Source of the DNA: an uncultured Gammaproteobacteria bacterium | GTDB lineage: Bacteria; Patescibacteriota; Patescibacteriia; Magasanikbacterales; UBA922 | DNA length: 36,035 bases | NCBI GenBank assembly: GCA_964412535.1 | Contig: CAYPPF010000001.1 | Span: 1-36,035 of the forward strand | Reading direction: 5' to 3' | In this document: in pieces, positions 26,348 through 35,374 of the stretch | How the letters are laid out: each line of letters opens with the position of its first letter | Numbering within the stretch: the stretch's first letter is position 1 | Notes under the pieces: generated by a model | Database searches by the model: none | What the model saw: only the letters and a program-made list of their open reading frames with translations | What the model was told of the DNA's origin: nothing | Made by a program: the position numbers and the translations under genes

Positions 26348-27193
26348 ATGAAAGACATAAACATTGTATTCCTAAACTATTTAATGAAGAAAGATATACT
26401 GCAAGCAGTAGAATCTTTGATTAAGGATACAGAAAGATGTCCATATGATGTTCAGATTACTGTAGCAGACAATTCATCTAATAGAGATGGGATAAAGAAT
26501 GATTTACAGACTAATTTTCCGCAAGTGAAATATATTAATTGCGGTGGTAATGTCGGATTTGGCAAAGGAAACAATGCTGGTTTTGAAGCCACTCCTGCCA
26601 GATACTACTTTGCCCTTAACAGAGATACTATTGTCCCTCAAAACACGCAGGTAATTGAAAGGATTGTTAAATTCATGGATGATCACAAGAAGATAGGGTG
26701 TATAGGACCTAAATTAGTTAATCTAGATGGATCTCTCCAATATTCTTGCTATAGATTCGATCTTCCCTCTATCCTCATCAAACCACTTAAACAAATCAAC
26801 TTTGACAAAAAGTACAAGTGGATTAAAAAACATGCAGACAAGCTGGTGATGAAGGACTTTGATCACAATGAAACTAGACCAGTAGACTGGGTTCTAGGAG
26901 CTGCCATAGTAGTAAGGAAAGAAGTGGCTGATGAGATTGGGTTTTTTGATGACAGGTACTTTATGTATTTAGAGGATTGTGATTGGTGTCACACTATGTG
27001 GGAAAAAGGATGGCCTGTCTATTATTTACACGATGTTGCTATACGGCATATGCATGCCCGTGACTCAGCTAAAATACCAGGCATTTTCAATGCTTTGGTA
27101 AAAAACAAGCTGGCTCGTATTCATATGGCCAGCTGGATAAAATATTTGTGGAAGTGGAGAGGGAATCATAAATACTATAAATACAAAAAATAA
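26348..27193 (+). CDS. Glycosyltransferase family 2 (WbbL-like)
   Basis: ADNSS, GFGKGNN, LNRD, FDDRYFMYLEDCDWC; start moved to ATG 26348. Confidence 0.92.
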   Translation: MKDINIVFLNYLMKKDILQAVESLIKDTERCPYDVQITVADNSSNRDGIKNDLQTNFPQVKYINCGGNVGFGKGNNAGFEATPARYYFALNRDTIVPQNTQVIERIVKFMDDHKKIGCIGPKLVNLDGSLQYSCYRFDLPSILIKPLKQINFDKKYKWIKKHADKLVMKDFDHNETRPVDWVLGAAIVVRKEVADEIGFFDDRYFMYLEDCDWCHTMWEKGWPVYYLHDVAIRHMHARDSAKIPGIFNALVKNKLARIHMASWIKYLWKWRGNHKYYKYKK

Positions 27194-27194
27194 T

Positions 27195-28292
27195 ATGGAT
27201 AATTTTCCCAAAATAGCTATTGTATACCTCTCATTTCATTGTGAGCCATATATTGATGATGTGGTTTCTTCTTTGAAAAAAATATCATACCCTAAAGACA
27301 AGGTTGAGTTTATCATCATAGACAACCCTCATCCAGAACATGGATCTTCAGTAAGGCATTTAGAAGAAAATGTAATGCCATTGTCTGGAACAGAAATACC
27401 ACATGTTACCCTATTGGCTCAAACAGAAAATCTTGGATTTGCAGGAGGGAACAACGAAGGTGTTAAATGGGCAATTGATAATGGGTACGATTATGTATAT
27501 TTTCATAATAATGATGGCTTTGTTGCTGCTAATTGTCTAGAACCCTTGGTAAAAGTAATGGAAAATGACAAAAAGATAGGGATAGCACAGTCACTAATGC
27601 TTCTTCATCCAGAAACTGACCTGATTAACAGTGCGGGCAATGCTTTTCAATATCTAGGCTTTGGCTTTTGTAATAATTACCGACACAAGTACCAAGGAAT
27701 TGATTTGCCTGAAGTAAAAGATATTGCATATGCTAGTGGAGCTGCTTTGTTAATGAGAGTTGATTTGTTAAAAGAATACGGGCTATGGGATGAAGATTTT
27801 TTCCTATACCACGAAGATTTAGAATACTCTTTTCGTTTAAGAGTGGCCGGATATAGTACAGTGTTGGTAAAGAATTCTATTTTCTATCATAAATACAGAT
27901 TTAGTAGAAGTATAACCAAATTTTATTGGATGGAACGCAATAGGTATGGACTAATGCTCATGTTTTTCCGTTGGCCCACCCTTTTACTACTTTTACCAAT
28001 GGCACTAGTATTAGAGGCTGGATTATGGCTCTTTGCCATTAAAGGAGGCTGGGCAAAAGAAAGAGTAAAGGTATATTCATATTGGCTAAAACCAAAAAGT
28101 TGGAAGCTGTGGTTGAAAAAAAGAAAGAATATTCAAAAGATTAAAAAGATTAAAGACAAAGACTTGCTAAAATTAGCAGTACCCGGAGTTCATTTCCAGG
28201 AAGAGTCAATGGAAAACCCTATTCTAAGGTATGTTGGCAATCCTGTTATGACAGTATATTATTGGATTATGAGAATAATTATTCAATGGTAA
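27195..28292 (+). CDS. Glycosyltransferase family 2
   Basis: IDN, GFAGGNN, HNND, FFLYHEDLEYSFR. Confidence 0.92.
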   Translation: MDNFPKIAIVYLSFHCEPYIDDVVSSLKKISYPKDKVEFIIIDNPHPEHGSSVRHLEENVMPLSGTEIPHVTLLAQTENLGFAGGNNEGVKWAIDNGYDYVYFHNNDGFVAANCLEPLVKVMENDKKIGIAQSLMLLHPETDLINSAGNAFQYLGFGFCNNYRHKYQGIDLPEVKDIAYASGAALLMRVDLLKEYGLWDEDFFLYHEDLEYSFRLRVAGYSTVLVKNSIFYHKYRFSRSITKFYWMERNRYGLMLMFFRWPTLLLLLPMALVLEAGLWLFAIKGGWAKERVKVYSYWLKPKSWKLWLKKRKNIQKIKKIKDKDLLKLAVPGVHFQEESMENPILRYVGNPVMTVYYWIMRIIIQW

Positions 28293-28293
28293 T

Positions 28294-29385
28294 ATGAAGA
28301 TACGGAAGGCAATCCTGACAGGTGGTGGAAGAGCAACGAGACTACATCCAATTACCACCACCACTAACAAGCATCTTTTGCCATTGGCAAATAAGCCAAT
28401 GATTTTTCATGCTATTGATAAGGCAGTGGAGGCAGGAGTGAGAGAGATATTTATCAATACCAACCCTGGAGAAACGGAATTACAAAAATATATAGGTGAT
28501 GGCGGATATTGGGGAGTATCAATTAAGTTTTTTGAACAAGAGGGTGGTCCTCAAGGAATTGCTCATGTAGTAAAGTGTGCTGAAGACTATATCGGTAATG
28601 ATCCTTTTATGTTTTTCTTGTCTGATAATATTGTATTAGGAAGCCTAAAGCCTACTTTTGAACATTTTGTTCAAGAAAAACTAGATTGCATGTTGGCTTT
28701 TGCCAAGGTTCCTGATGCAAGACCTTTTGGGGTACCAATATTTGATGATAGTGGAAAGTTGGTTGATGTTTGGGAAAAGCCTGACAATCCACCCAACAAC
28801 TTAGCTCAAACAGGAATATACTTGTATGGGCCTAAAGTTTTCTATAAAGCTTTTGATCAAATTGAAAAGAGTGCTAGAGGAGAGTATGAAATTTCAAGTA
28901 TCCATTCTCATTTTTTAAAGAATGGTTTCAAGGTGGGACACAAAGAGGTGACAGGCTGGTGGAAAGACACTGGAATGCCTGAAGATATGATTACAGCCAA
29001 TCAATTACTATTAGAGGAAATACCAGCTGAAGATTTTTCCAACTATGGAAAAATAAACTCTGGTACTGAGGTACAAGGAAAGGTGCAGATTGGGATAGGC
29101 AGTTTGTTAAAAAATAACGTAAAGATTATTGGCCCAGTAATAGTAGGGGAGAATTGTATTTTAGAAAACTGTACAATAGGTCCATATACAACTATTGGGT
29201 CAGGATCAGAAATCCGTAATGCTAAGATCAAAAATTCAATTGTTCTAGAAAACAGTCTTATACATGTAGATATGGAAATAGACAATAGTATTATTGGCAA
29301 GAGCGTAAAATTAGTTCATCGAGAGAAAAAAGAAGCTGAGGGTCATAGAATGATTATCGGAGACAAGACTGTCTTGGAAATATAA
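28294..29385 (+). CDS. rfbA: Glucose-1-phosphate thymidylyltransferase, long form with left-handed beta-helix
   Basis: GGGRATRLHPIT, KHLLPLANKP, EKP, SARGEYEI, WKDTG, hexapeptide C-terminal repeats. Confidence 0.88.
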   Translation: MKIRKAILTGGGRATRLHPITTTTNKHLLPLANKPMIFHAIDKAVEAGVREIFINTNPGETELQKYIGDGGYWGVSIKFFEQEGGPQGIAHVVKCAEDYIGNDPFMFFLSDNIVLGSLKPTFEHFVQEKLDCMLAFAKVPDARPFGVPIFDDSGKLVDVWEKPDNPPNNLAQTGIYLYGPKVFYKAFDQIEKSARGEYEISSIHSHFLKNGFKVGHKEVTGWWKDTGMPEDMITANQLLLEEIPAEDFSNYGKINSGTEVQGKVQIGIGSLLKNNVKIIGPVIVGENCILENCTIGPYTTIGSGSEIRNAKIKNSIVLENSLIHVDMEIDNSIIGKSVKLVHREKKEAEGHRMIIGDKTVLEI

Positions 29386-29398
29386 TTAAGTGGCAAAA

Positions 29399-29427
29399 AT
29401 AAAAACTCCCTAAAAGGGAATTTTTAT
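29399..29427. terminator. Probable bidirectional terminator
   Basis: ATAAAAACTCCC-TAAAA-GGGAATTTTTAT (one mismatch) between convergent genes. Confidence 0.55.
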
Positions 29428-29441
29428 AATTATTTCAGTTA

Positions 29442-30749
29442 TTAATATTCCAATTCAAACAGTCCTCGTTTTTGAGCCACTCTTCCAAGAAAGAAAATCT
29501 TTCTTTCTTTTGTATTCACTCCTATTTTTTCCATACTACCGTTGTTGAGCAGCTCGTGACTTATGTAGTAACCCGGATTAAATCCTGTCAATTTATTCTC
29601 TGAAGCCAAAAGAAGGACACCTTGGTTGTCTAACGGATTTACATGCTGTATTTTTTCTCCAGTTCTATTAAGGAGAGCAAGACTTCCATTATCATATATA
29701 GTCCAGAGTTCCCACCAAGACCAGGTGATCCACTCTTTTGTCTTTTTGTTGTACAAAAGATGTTGGGTAGGGAGAGTTTGGTGCTCTTCTTTTTCAAGGG
29801 TTAGTATTTGAATATTGTTAGGTATTTTTACAATTACCCTTTCTTTGTTTATATCCACTATCTTTTCAACTTCTTCTTTAAAAGATAGTTCCCTGTCATC
29901 ACTCACTAGTTCTCTTTTTTCTTTGTTATATATCCACACATTTTCTTCTCCATCAACAAACCATACATTAGAAAATGTTGTTTTAATGGTCTTTTGATTA
30001 AAGACATTCAATTCAACTATCTCGTTGTTTGTTTTTATGTATATAGACGGGCTAAAGCTATTTTTTGCCCATTGAAAAGATTCTATAGTACTTTGGAAAG
30101 AATATGTTTTAGATAGTTCTTGATTATCTGCATTTATTATCTGCATTGTTTCTTCTCCTCCCTGTCTTGTTTTTATCATCAGAAAGTTAGCATGTGGTGA
30201 CCAGGACACTTCTGGTTCTATACTGCTGTTTATTCTTAGTAAAGAATCCTTTTGTTTTTTCTCAGTATCAAATGGTGTTATTTCATACACTCCTTTTTCT
30301 AAAGAAGTAATAGCTAGAAAAGATCCATCATATGAAGCGTTCATATCAATCATGTTCTCAGCTATGTCAATTTGCACAGGTAGAGAGTCTTTGAACAATA
30401 CAATGTTTTTTATATATGTTGTCCTCCTGCTTTCTATGGTTACATCTTTTTTCCATTCTTTATATCCAGGAGCTAGAAACTTGATTTCATAGGTTCCAGG
30501 GGCTCTGTTTGGGAAGTATATTGGCAGATTCTTTGTTATCTTTACATCATTTAGGTATACATCAGCATGATCTGGTTCCACATCAACACTCAACACCCCT
30601 GTTTGCACTATCTTCTTGTTTCCCCAGTCATACCTATATCCAGCAGTATACATGATTACTATAGGGGAGATTACTAAAAAACTGGTAATCAAAAAACACA
30701 TTATACAAATGCGGATAGGTCTAGTAAGTCTACTTGGAGAGTGTGGCAT
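29442..30749 (-). CDS. PEGA-domain membrane-anchored protein with probable beta-propeller C-terminus
   Basis: TM, YTAGYRYD, TGVLSVDVEPDHADVYLND...PGTYEIKFLAPGYKEWKK, WSP-type blades. Confidence 0.8.
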   Translation of the reverse strand: MPHSPSRLTRPIRICIMCFLITSFLVISPIVIMYTAGYRYDWGNKKIVQTGVLSVDVEPDHADVYLNDVKITKNLPIYFPNRAPGTYEIKFLAPGYKEWKKDVTIESRRTTYIKNIVLFKDSLPVQIDIAENMIDMNASYDGSFLAITSLEKGVYEITPFDTEKKQKDSLLRINSSIEPEVSWSPHANFLMIKTRQGGEETMQIINADNQELSKTYSFQSTIESFQWAKNSFSPSIYIKTNNEIVELNVFNQKTIKTTFSNVWFVDGEENVWIYNKEKRELVSDDRELSFKEEVEKIVDINKERVIVKIPNNIQILTLEKEEHQTLPTQHLLYNKKTKEWITWSWWELWTIYDNGSLALLNRTGEKIQHVNPLDNQGVLLLASENKLTGFNPGYYISHELLNNGSMEKIGVNTKERKIFFLGRVAQKRGLFELEY

Positions 30750-30758
30750 AGTAAATAC

Positions 30759-30787
30759 TTGCTTTTTGTTATGTTTTAGTATACAAT
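30759..30787 (+). promoter_or_regulatory. Sigma70 promoter for murA
   Basis: TTGCTT-17-TACAAT. Confidence 0.65.
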
Positions 30788-30810
30788 ACTATCGTAATTT
30801 AGCAAAAAAT

Positions 30811-32112
30811 ATGGCTAATTTCGTTATTCACGGAGGTTTTAAACTCCATGGTAGTATTGATGTAAACACAGCTAAAAATTCAGCTGTGGCTTTGCTTTGT
30901 GCCTCTTTACTGGTAAAGGGAAAAGTAGTACTGAAAGATATCCCTAAAATCCAGGAAGTAGACCGCATTCTGGAGATTCTATCTAGTATTGGGGTAAAAG
31001 TCAAGTGGGAGACAGAACGTACTCTTGTTTTAGATAGTTCTACAAAGCTAAGAATGGATAATATTGACCGTAGAGCTTGTAAGCTGACCCGCTCTTCTTT
31101 GTTGCTTTTAGGGGCACTGGCTGGAAGAGTGAAAGAATATAAATTGTATAAGACAGGCGGATGTAAACTAGGAGAGAGAACAGTAAAGCCTCATCTGTTT
31201 GCTTTAGAAAGATTAGGGGTGAGTGTAAAATCAACACTCAAATATTACGAGATAAAAAACAAGCCTTTGAAGCCAGCAGAGATAGTAATGTATGAATCAG
31301 GAGATACTCCAACTGAAAATGCCATTATGGCAGCAGTACTAGCTCCAGGGAAGACTGTAATCAAATTTGCTTCTTCCAACTACATGGTACAAGACCTTTG
31401 CTACTTCCTACAAAAAGCTGGTGCTAAAATTGAAGGAATAGGCTCTACCACTTTAGAAATAGTTGGAGTGAAGAAACTAAAACCAGTAAATGAATACCAC
31501 ATAATGCCAGATCCAATTGAAGCAATGGCTTTTGTCTCACTAGGAATAACTACTAAGTCTGGGCTGACTATAAAAAACTGTCCAATTGAATTCTTGGAAC
31601 TGGAATTGGAAAAGTTGAGGATTGCTGGACAGAAGTATAGTCTGCATAACAAAAGAAAATCTAAGAACAAGAAATTTGACATAGTGGATATAAAGCTAGT
31701 TCCTTCTGATCTGAATGCTTTACCTGATAAAGTATATGGTCGCCCATTCCCAGGACTAAACGTAGACAACCTACCCTTTTTTGTCCCCATCCTTACTCAA
31801 GCTAAAGGAAGATCTTTAGTACATGATTGGGTGTATGAAAATAGGGCAGTATATTACTTAGAACTTCAAAAACTTGGAGCAAAAGTAACCCTACTAGATC
31901 CTCATAGAATGTTTGTGGAGGGAAAGACCAGGCTTCATCCAAATGAAATAATATGTCCTCCTGGAATCAGGCCAGCCATGGTGATCCTAATCGCAATGCT
32001 AGCAGCCAAAGGCAAATCAATTTTACGCAATATATATCCAGTAGAAAGAGGGCATGAAAACCTAGCTAAAAGACTAGAAAAGATTGGGGCTAGAATTGAA
32101 AGAACAGAATAA
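30811..32112 (+). CDS. murA: UDP-N-acetylglucosamine 1-carboxyvinyltransferase
   Basis: AKNSAVALL, GGCKLGERTV (catalytic Cys), MPDPIEA, PFPG, VYENR, ERGHE; start moved to ATG 30811. Confidence 0.93.
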   Translation: MANFVIHGGFKLHGSIDVNTAKNSAVALLCASLLVKGKVVLKDIPKIQEVDRILEILSSIGVKVKWETERTLVLDSSTKLRMDNIDRRACKLTRSSLLLLGALAGRVKEYKLYKTGGCKLGERTVKPHLFALERLGVSVKSTLKYYEIKNKPLKPAEIVMYESGDTPTENAIMAAVLAPGKTVIKFASSNYMVQDLCYFLQKAGAKIEGIGSTTLEIVGVKKLKPVNEYHIMPDPIEAMAFVSLGITTKSGLTIKNCPIEFLELELEKLRIAGQKYSLHNKRKSKNKKFDIVDIKLVPSDLNALPDKVYGRPFPGLNVDNLPFFVPILTQAKGRSLVHDWVYENRAVYYLELQKLGAKVTLLDPHRMFVEGKTRLHPNEIICPPGIRPAMVILIAMLAAKGKSILRNIYPVERGHENLAKRLEKIGARIERTE

Positions 32113-32113
32113 T

Positions 32114-32141
32114 TTGACAAATTAGCATAATCTGGTATAAT
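32114..32141 (+). promoter_or_regulatory. Consensus sigma70 promoter of the pro operon
   Basis: TTGACA-16-TATAAT with extended -10 TG. Confidence 0.85.
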
Positions 32142-32151
32142 ACTTACCAAT

Positions 32152-32205
32152 ATGATATCAAGTTTGATAAAACTTACTCCACCTAGCAAGAGCTGCCTGC
32201 TGTAG
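32152..32205 (+). CDS. Putative pro-operon leader peptide MISSLIKLTPPSKSCLL
   Basis: ATG 10 nt after the -10 box; tandem Pro codons CCA-CCT at 32179-32184; overlaps alternative hairpins. Confidence 0.7.
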   Translation: MISSLIKLTPPSKSCLL

Positions 32206-32232
32206 TTTCTTGCTTAAGATTAATTACACAAT

Positions 32233-32264
32233 AGGTAGCGTCAATAAAGACGCTACTTTTATTT
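32233..32264 (+). terminator. Attenuator terminator upstream of proA
   Basis: AGGTAGCGTC-AATAAA-GACGCTACTT then TTATTT; lies between the promoter and the proA start. Confidence 0.85.
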
Positions 32265-32271
32265 CACTCAT

Positions 32272-33510
32272 ATGAATACTCAAGAACAACTTATATCCGC
32301 CAAACAAGCTTCAGTACAATTGCGTACTGCGACTACTAAACAAAAAAATGATTTCCTCACTAAGCTGGCTAGTTTGCTAGTGGAAAACAAAGAAAGAATA
32401 GTGGAAGAAAATAAAAAAGATCTTTCAGAAGTACAAGGTATTACTAAAGCAATGGAAAAAAGATTAAAAATCTCTGCTGAAGCAATAGAAGACATTGCGC
32501 AAGGACTAAAAGAAGTAGCAGAGTTGGCTGATCCTGTAGGAACTATCACTAAAATGTGGAAACGCCCTAATGGAATGCAAGTAGGTAGAATGAGAGCCCC
32601 TATTGGCGTTATCTTCTTCATTTTCGAGTCCAGACCTAATGTAATTGTAGATGCAGCCGCTCTTTGCATAAAAAGCGGGAATGTTTTGATTGCTAGAGGA
32701 GGAAAAGAGGCTCTAAACTCAAATAATATTCTTTTGCAGTACATTAAACAAGCACTTGAATCTGTAGCACTACCTTCTGGAGCTGTGCAACAGTTAGAAG
32801 ATAGAAACTACGAAGCAGTGACGGAGGTGGTAAAGTCAGACAAGTATGTTGATCTAGTAGTTCCTAGAGGAAGAGAGAAATTAATTAGATCAATCAAAGA
32901 AGCAGCTCAAGTACCAGTGATTGCTCATGAAAGAGGGCTCTGTCATCTGTATATAGACAAGAGTGCTAACAAAGAAAAAGCAATCGAAATTGCTTTGAAT
33001 GCAAAAACATCAAACCCTTCTACTTGTAATACGATAGAAACTATTTTAGTGCACAGTGATATGGCTGAAGAAGTTGTTTCTAGTTTAGTAGACAAGTTAA
33101 TTGAAGCTGGAGTAGAAGTCCGAGGGTGTGAGAAGGTCTGTGCTTTGAATCAAAAAAGTAATCTAGCTAGTGAAGAAGATTGGGATACAGAATATTTAGA
33201 CATGATTGTCTCTATCAAAGTAGTAGATTCTTTTGAAAAAGGAATTGAACATATACAAAAGTATAGTTCTGGACTAACTGACACAATAGTGACAGAAGAC
33301 TATCAAAGATCTAGAAAGTTCTTGGAGATGATAAACAGTGCTGCGGTGCTAGTGAACGTTTCTAATCGCTTCACTGACGGCAACCAATTTGGTTTAGGGG
33401 CAGAATTAGGGATAAGTACGTCTTCTGTCCATATGAAAGGCCCTATGGGCTTAGAAGACCTTACAACCACAAAGTACATAGTACTAGGAGATGGTCAAAT
33501 AAGGGAATAA
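32272..33510 (+). CDS. proA: Gamma-glutamyl phosphate reductase
   Basis: PIGVIFFIFESRPNV, RGGKEA, VPRG, CNTIETIL, RFTDGNQFGLGAELGIST, GPMGLEDLT. Confidence 0.96.
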   Translation: MNTQEQLISAKQASVQLRTATTKQKNDFLTKLASLLVENKERIVEENKKDLSEVQGITKAMEKRLKISAEAIEDIAQGLKEVAELADPVGTITKMWKRPNGMQVGRMRAPIGVIFFIFESRPNVIVDAAALCIKSGNVLIARGGKEALNSNNILLQYIKQALESVALPSGAVQQLEDRNYEAVTEVVKSDKYVDLVVPRGREKLIRSIKEAAQVPVIAHERGLCHLYIDKSANKEKAIEIALNAKTSNPSTCNTIETILVHSDMAEEVVSSLVDKLIEAGVEVRGCEKVCALNQKSNLASEEDWDTEYLDMIVSIKVVDSFEKGIEHIQKYSSGLTDTIVTEDYQRSRKFLEMINSAAVLVNVSNRFTDGNQFGLGAELGISTSSVHMKGPMGLEDLTTTKYIVLGDGQIRE

Positions 33511-33512
33511 AT

Positions 33513-34574
33513 ATGAAGAATAACCTTGCCATCATCAAAATAGGGACAAGTGTTCTCATAGATGAGAATGGACAATTGCGTGAATCTGTAATTAGAAGCA
33601 TATTTTCAGCTGTAAGTGAGAAGATCAAAAAGGGTGAGAAGATTGCCTTAGTTAGTTCAGGAGCTGTTGCCATGGGAAGAGCAGTAAGTGGAGATAAAGA
33701 AATGAATAAAAGATTGGCCGCCTCTATTGGACAAGTACACCTAATGTCATACTTTCTTGGTGTGGCCAGAGAAATGGGTCTAGAAACAGCCCAATTACTA
33801 ATATCCAGAGCTCATCTGATTCAAAGACAGCAGTTTCTTCAACTACAACAGACTATTGAACAAGCTTTACCAGCTGGAGTGATTCCAATTATTAATGAAA
33901 ATGACGCTCTTGTTATTGATTGGGGCTTTAGTGACAACGACAGCCTAGCTGTCTCTCTTGCTATTGCTTCTAATGCTTCCAGGTTAATAGTACTAAGCCA
34001 TGTGCCTGGACTATATACTGGAGATCCTTCTAAAGACCAAAACGTTGAGTTAATCAAGGAAGTGAAGGATGTAAATGCTGAATTAATGAAGTATTGTGGG
34101 AAAGAAGCTTCAGAACAAGGAAGAGGAGGCATGCTTTCCAAACTAAAAGCAGCCAGGCTATGTACAGCAGTTGGTATTCCTCTACAAATCGTAGACGGAC
34201 TAAACACAGAAAATATTGGTAAAGCATTGGACAATGAATCTGTAGGAACTGTGTTCCTACCCCGCCAATTAACAGAATCTATGAAGAATAGGGATAGGTG
34301 GCTCTTGGCAGCTAAAAGTTCTCCTGCTAGTATAGAGGTGGATGATGGGGCAGTTAGTGCACTAAAGAATGGTAAAAGTTTGTTAGCTGTTGGGATAAAA
34401 AAGATATATGGAAGTTTTGCAGAAAAAGAAATAGTAGAGATTGTGAATGACAAAAAAGAGGGGATTGCTTTTGGACTAACTGACGTTAGTTCCAAGATGT
34501 TGGAACAAAAGGAATTTTCAATGCAAAAAGGCATTCAAGTAATGCATGCTGACAACATAATGGTATTTGCTTAA
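33513..34574 (+). CDS. proB: Glutamate 5-kinase with PUA domain
   Basis: IKIGTSVL, VSSGAVAMG, PIINEND, FSDNDSL, GGMLSKLKAA, PUA domain VDDGA...KSLLAVGI. Confidence 0.96.
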   Translation: MKNNLAIIKIGTSVLIDENGQLRESVIRSIFSAVSEKIKKGEKIALVSSGAVAMGRAVSGDKEMNKRLAASIGQVHLMSYFLGVAREMGLETAQLLISRAHLIQRQQFLQLQQTIEQALPAGVIPIINENDALVIDWGFSDNDSLAVSLAIASNASRLIVLSHVPGLYTGDPSKDQNVELIKEVKDVNAELMKYCGKEASEQGRGGMLSKLKAARLCTAVGIPLQIVDGLNTENIGKALDNESVGTVFLPRQLTESMKNRDRWLLAAKSSPASIEVDDGAVSALKNGKSLLAVGIKKIYGSFAEKEIVEIVNDKKEGIAFGLTDVSSKMLEQKEFSMQKGIQVMHADNIMVFA

Positions 34575-34584
34575 TCAATTTAGT

Positions 34585-35373
34585 ATGAAAAAAATTAGTA
34601 TCATAGGCAGTGGAGTGATGGGAACTATATTTCTCAAGGCTGCTTTAGAGACAAATCAGGGTAGTGAAATTATAATCACTGACCGATCTGAAGAAAAACT
34701 TGAAGAGATACATAAAGAACATCCTCAAGTTATTACGAGTACAGATAATGTTCAGGCAATAAAAGACGCTGACTTGATTATTTTGGCTGTAAAACCACAA
34801 TCTTTTTCTGAGTTAGGCAAAGAAATTCAAGGAAATATTAACAAAGATGCTTTAGTTGTTTCAGTGATGGCTGGTATAGGACTCGAAGAGATACAAAACA
34901 CCTTAGGAACAAATGATATTGTTCGCACTATGCCTAATCTAGGGGCTAGAGTGGGTAAGTCAATGACAGTTTGGACATGTACTGATGGAGTTGATAGGGA
35001 AATAGTTACCAAACTATTAAAAAGTATTGGCCAAGAACTATTTGTAGAAAACGAGGAGATGATAGACAAAGCCACTGCAGTGAGTGGAAGCGGTCCTGGT
35101 TTTTTCTACCACATCATGGAAGAGTGGACTAAGGCTACTATTGATTTAGGTTTTTCCGAGGCAGAAGCTCAACAGCTTCTTCTAGCAACAATAGATGGAG
35201 CTAACGAACTCTGGCAAAAGGAAAAAGATGCTTCTGACTTGAAAAGCCAGGTAGCATCTAAAGGGGGAACCACAGAGGCTGGACTAAATATTTTGAAAGA
35301 ATCTAATATTGATCAGATCTTGCAAAAGACTTTGCAAGCCGCACTATCCAGAGCCAAAGAACTGTCAAAATAG
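34585..35373 (+). CDS. proC: Pyrroline-5-carboxylate reductase
   Basis: IGSGVMG, LAVKPQ, RTMPN, TAVSGSGPG, VASKGGTTEAG; start moved to ATG 34585. Confidence 0.95.
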   Translation: MKKISIIGSGVMGTIFLKAALETNQGSEIIITDRSEEKLEEIHKEHPQVITSTDNVQAIKDADLIILAVKPQSFSELGKEIQGNINKDALVVSVMAGIGLEEIQNTLGTNDIVRTMPNLGARVGKSMTVWTCTDGVDREIVTKLLKSIGQELFVENEEMIDKATAVSGSGPGFFYHIMEEWTKATIDLGFSEAEAQQLLLATIDGANELWQKEKDASDLKSQVASKGGTTEAGLNILKESNIDQILQKTLQAALSRAKELSK

Positions 35374-35374
35374 T

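Noticed and set aside
30616-30810. N-terminal extension of MurA in the ORF track; likewise starts 5361, 13755, 26315, 34567
   Set aside because: These overlap neighbouring genes or promoters; family homology begins at downstream ATGs.
32142-32271. T-box riboswitch upstream of proA
   Set aside because: The leader is only about 125 nt, with no GGTGGnACC T-box sequence or Stem I motifs; a leader-peptide model fits better.
33839-34534. 231-aa antisense ORF, and similar shadows such as 4133..4486, 10670..11089, 31401..31790, 32280..32744
   Set aside because: They lie opposite well-supported genes and show the S/F/I-rich composition typical of antisense frames.
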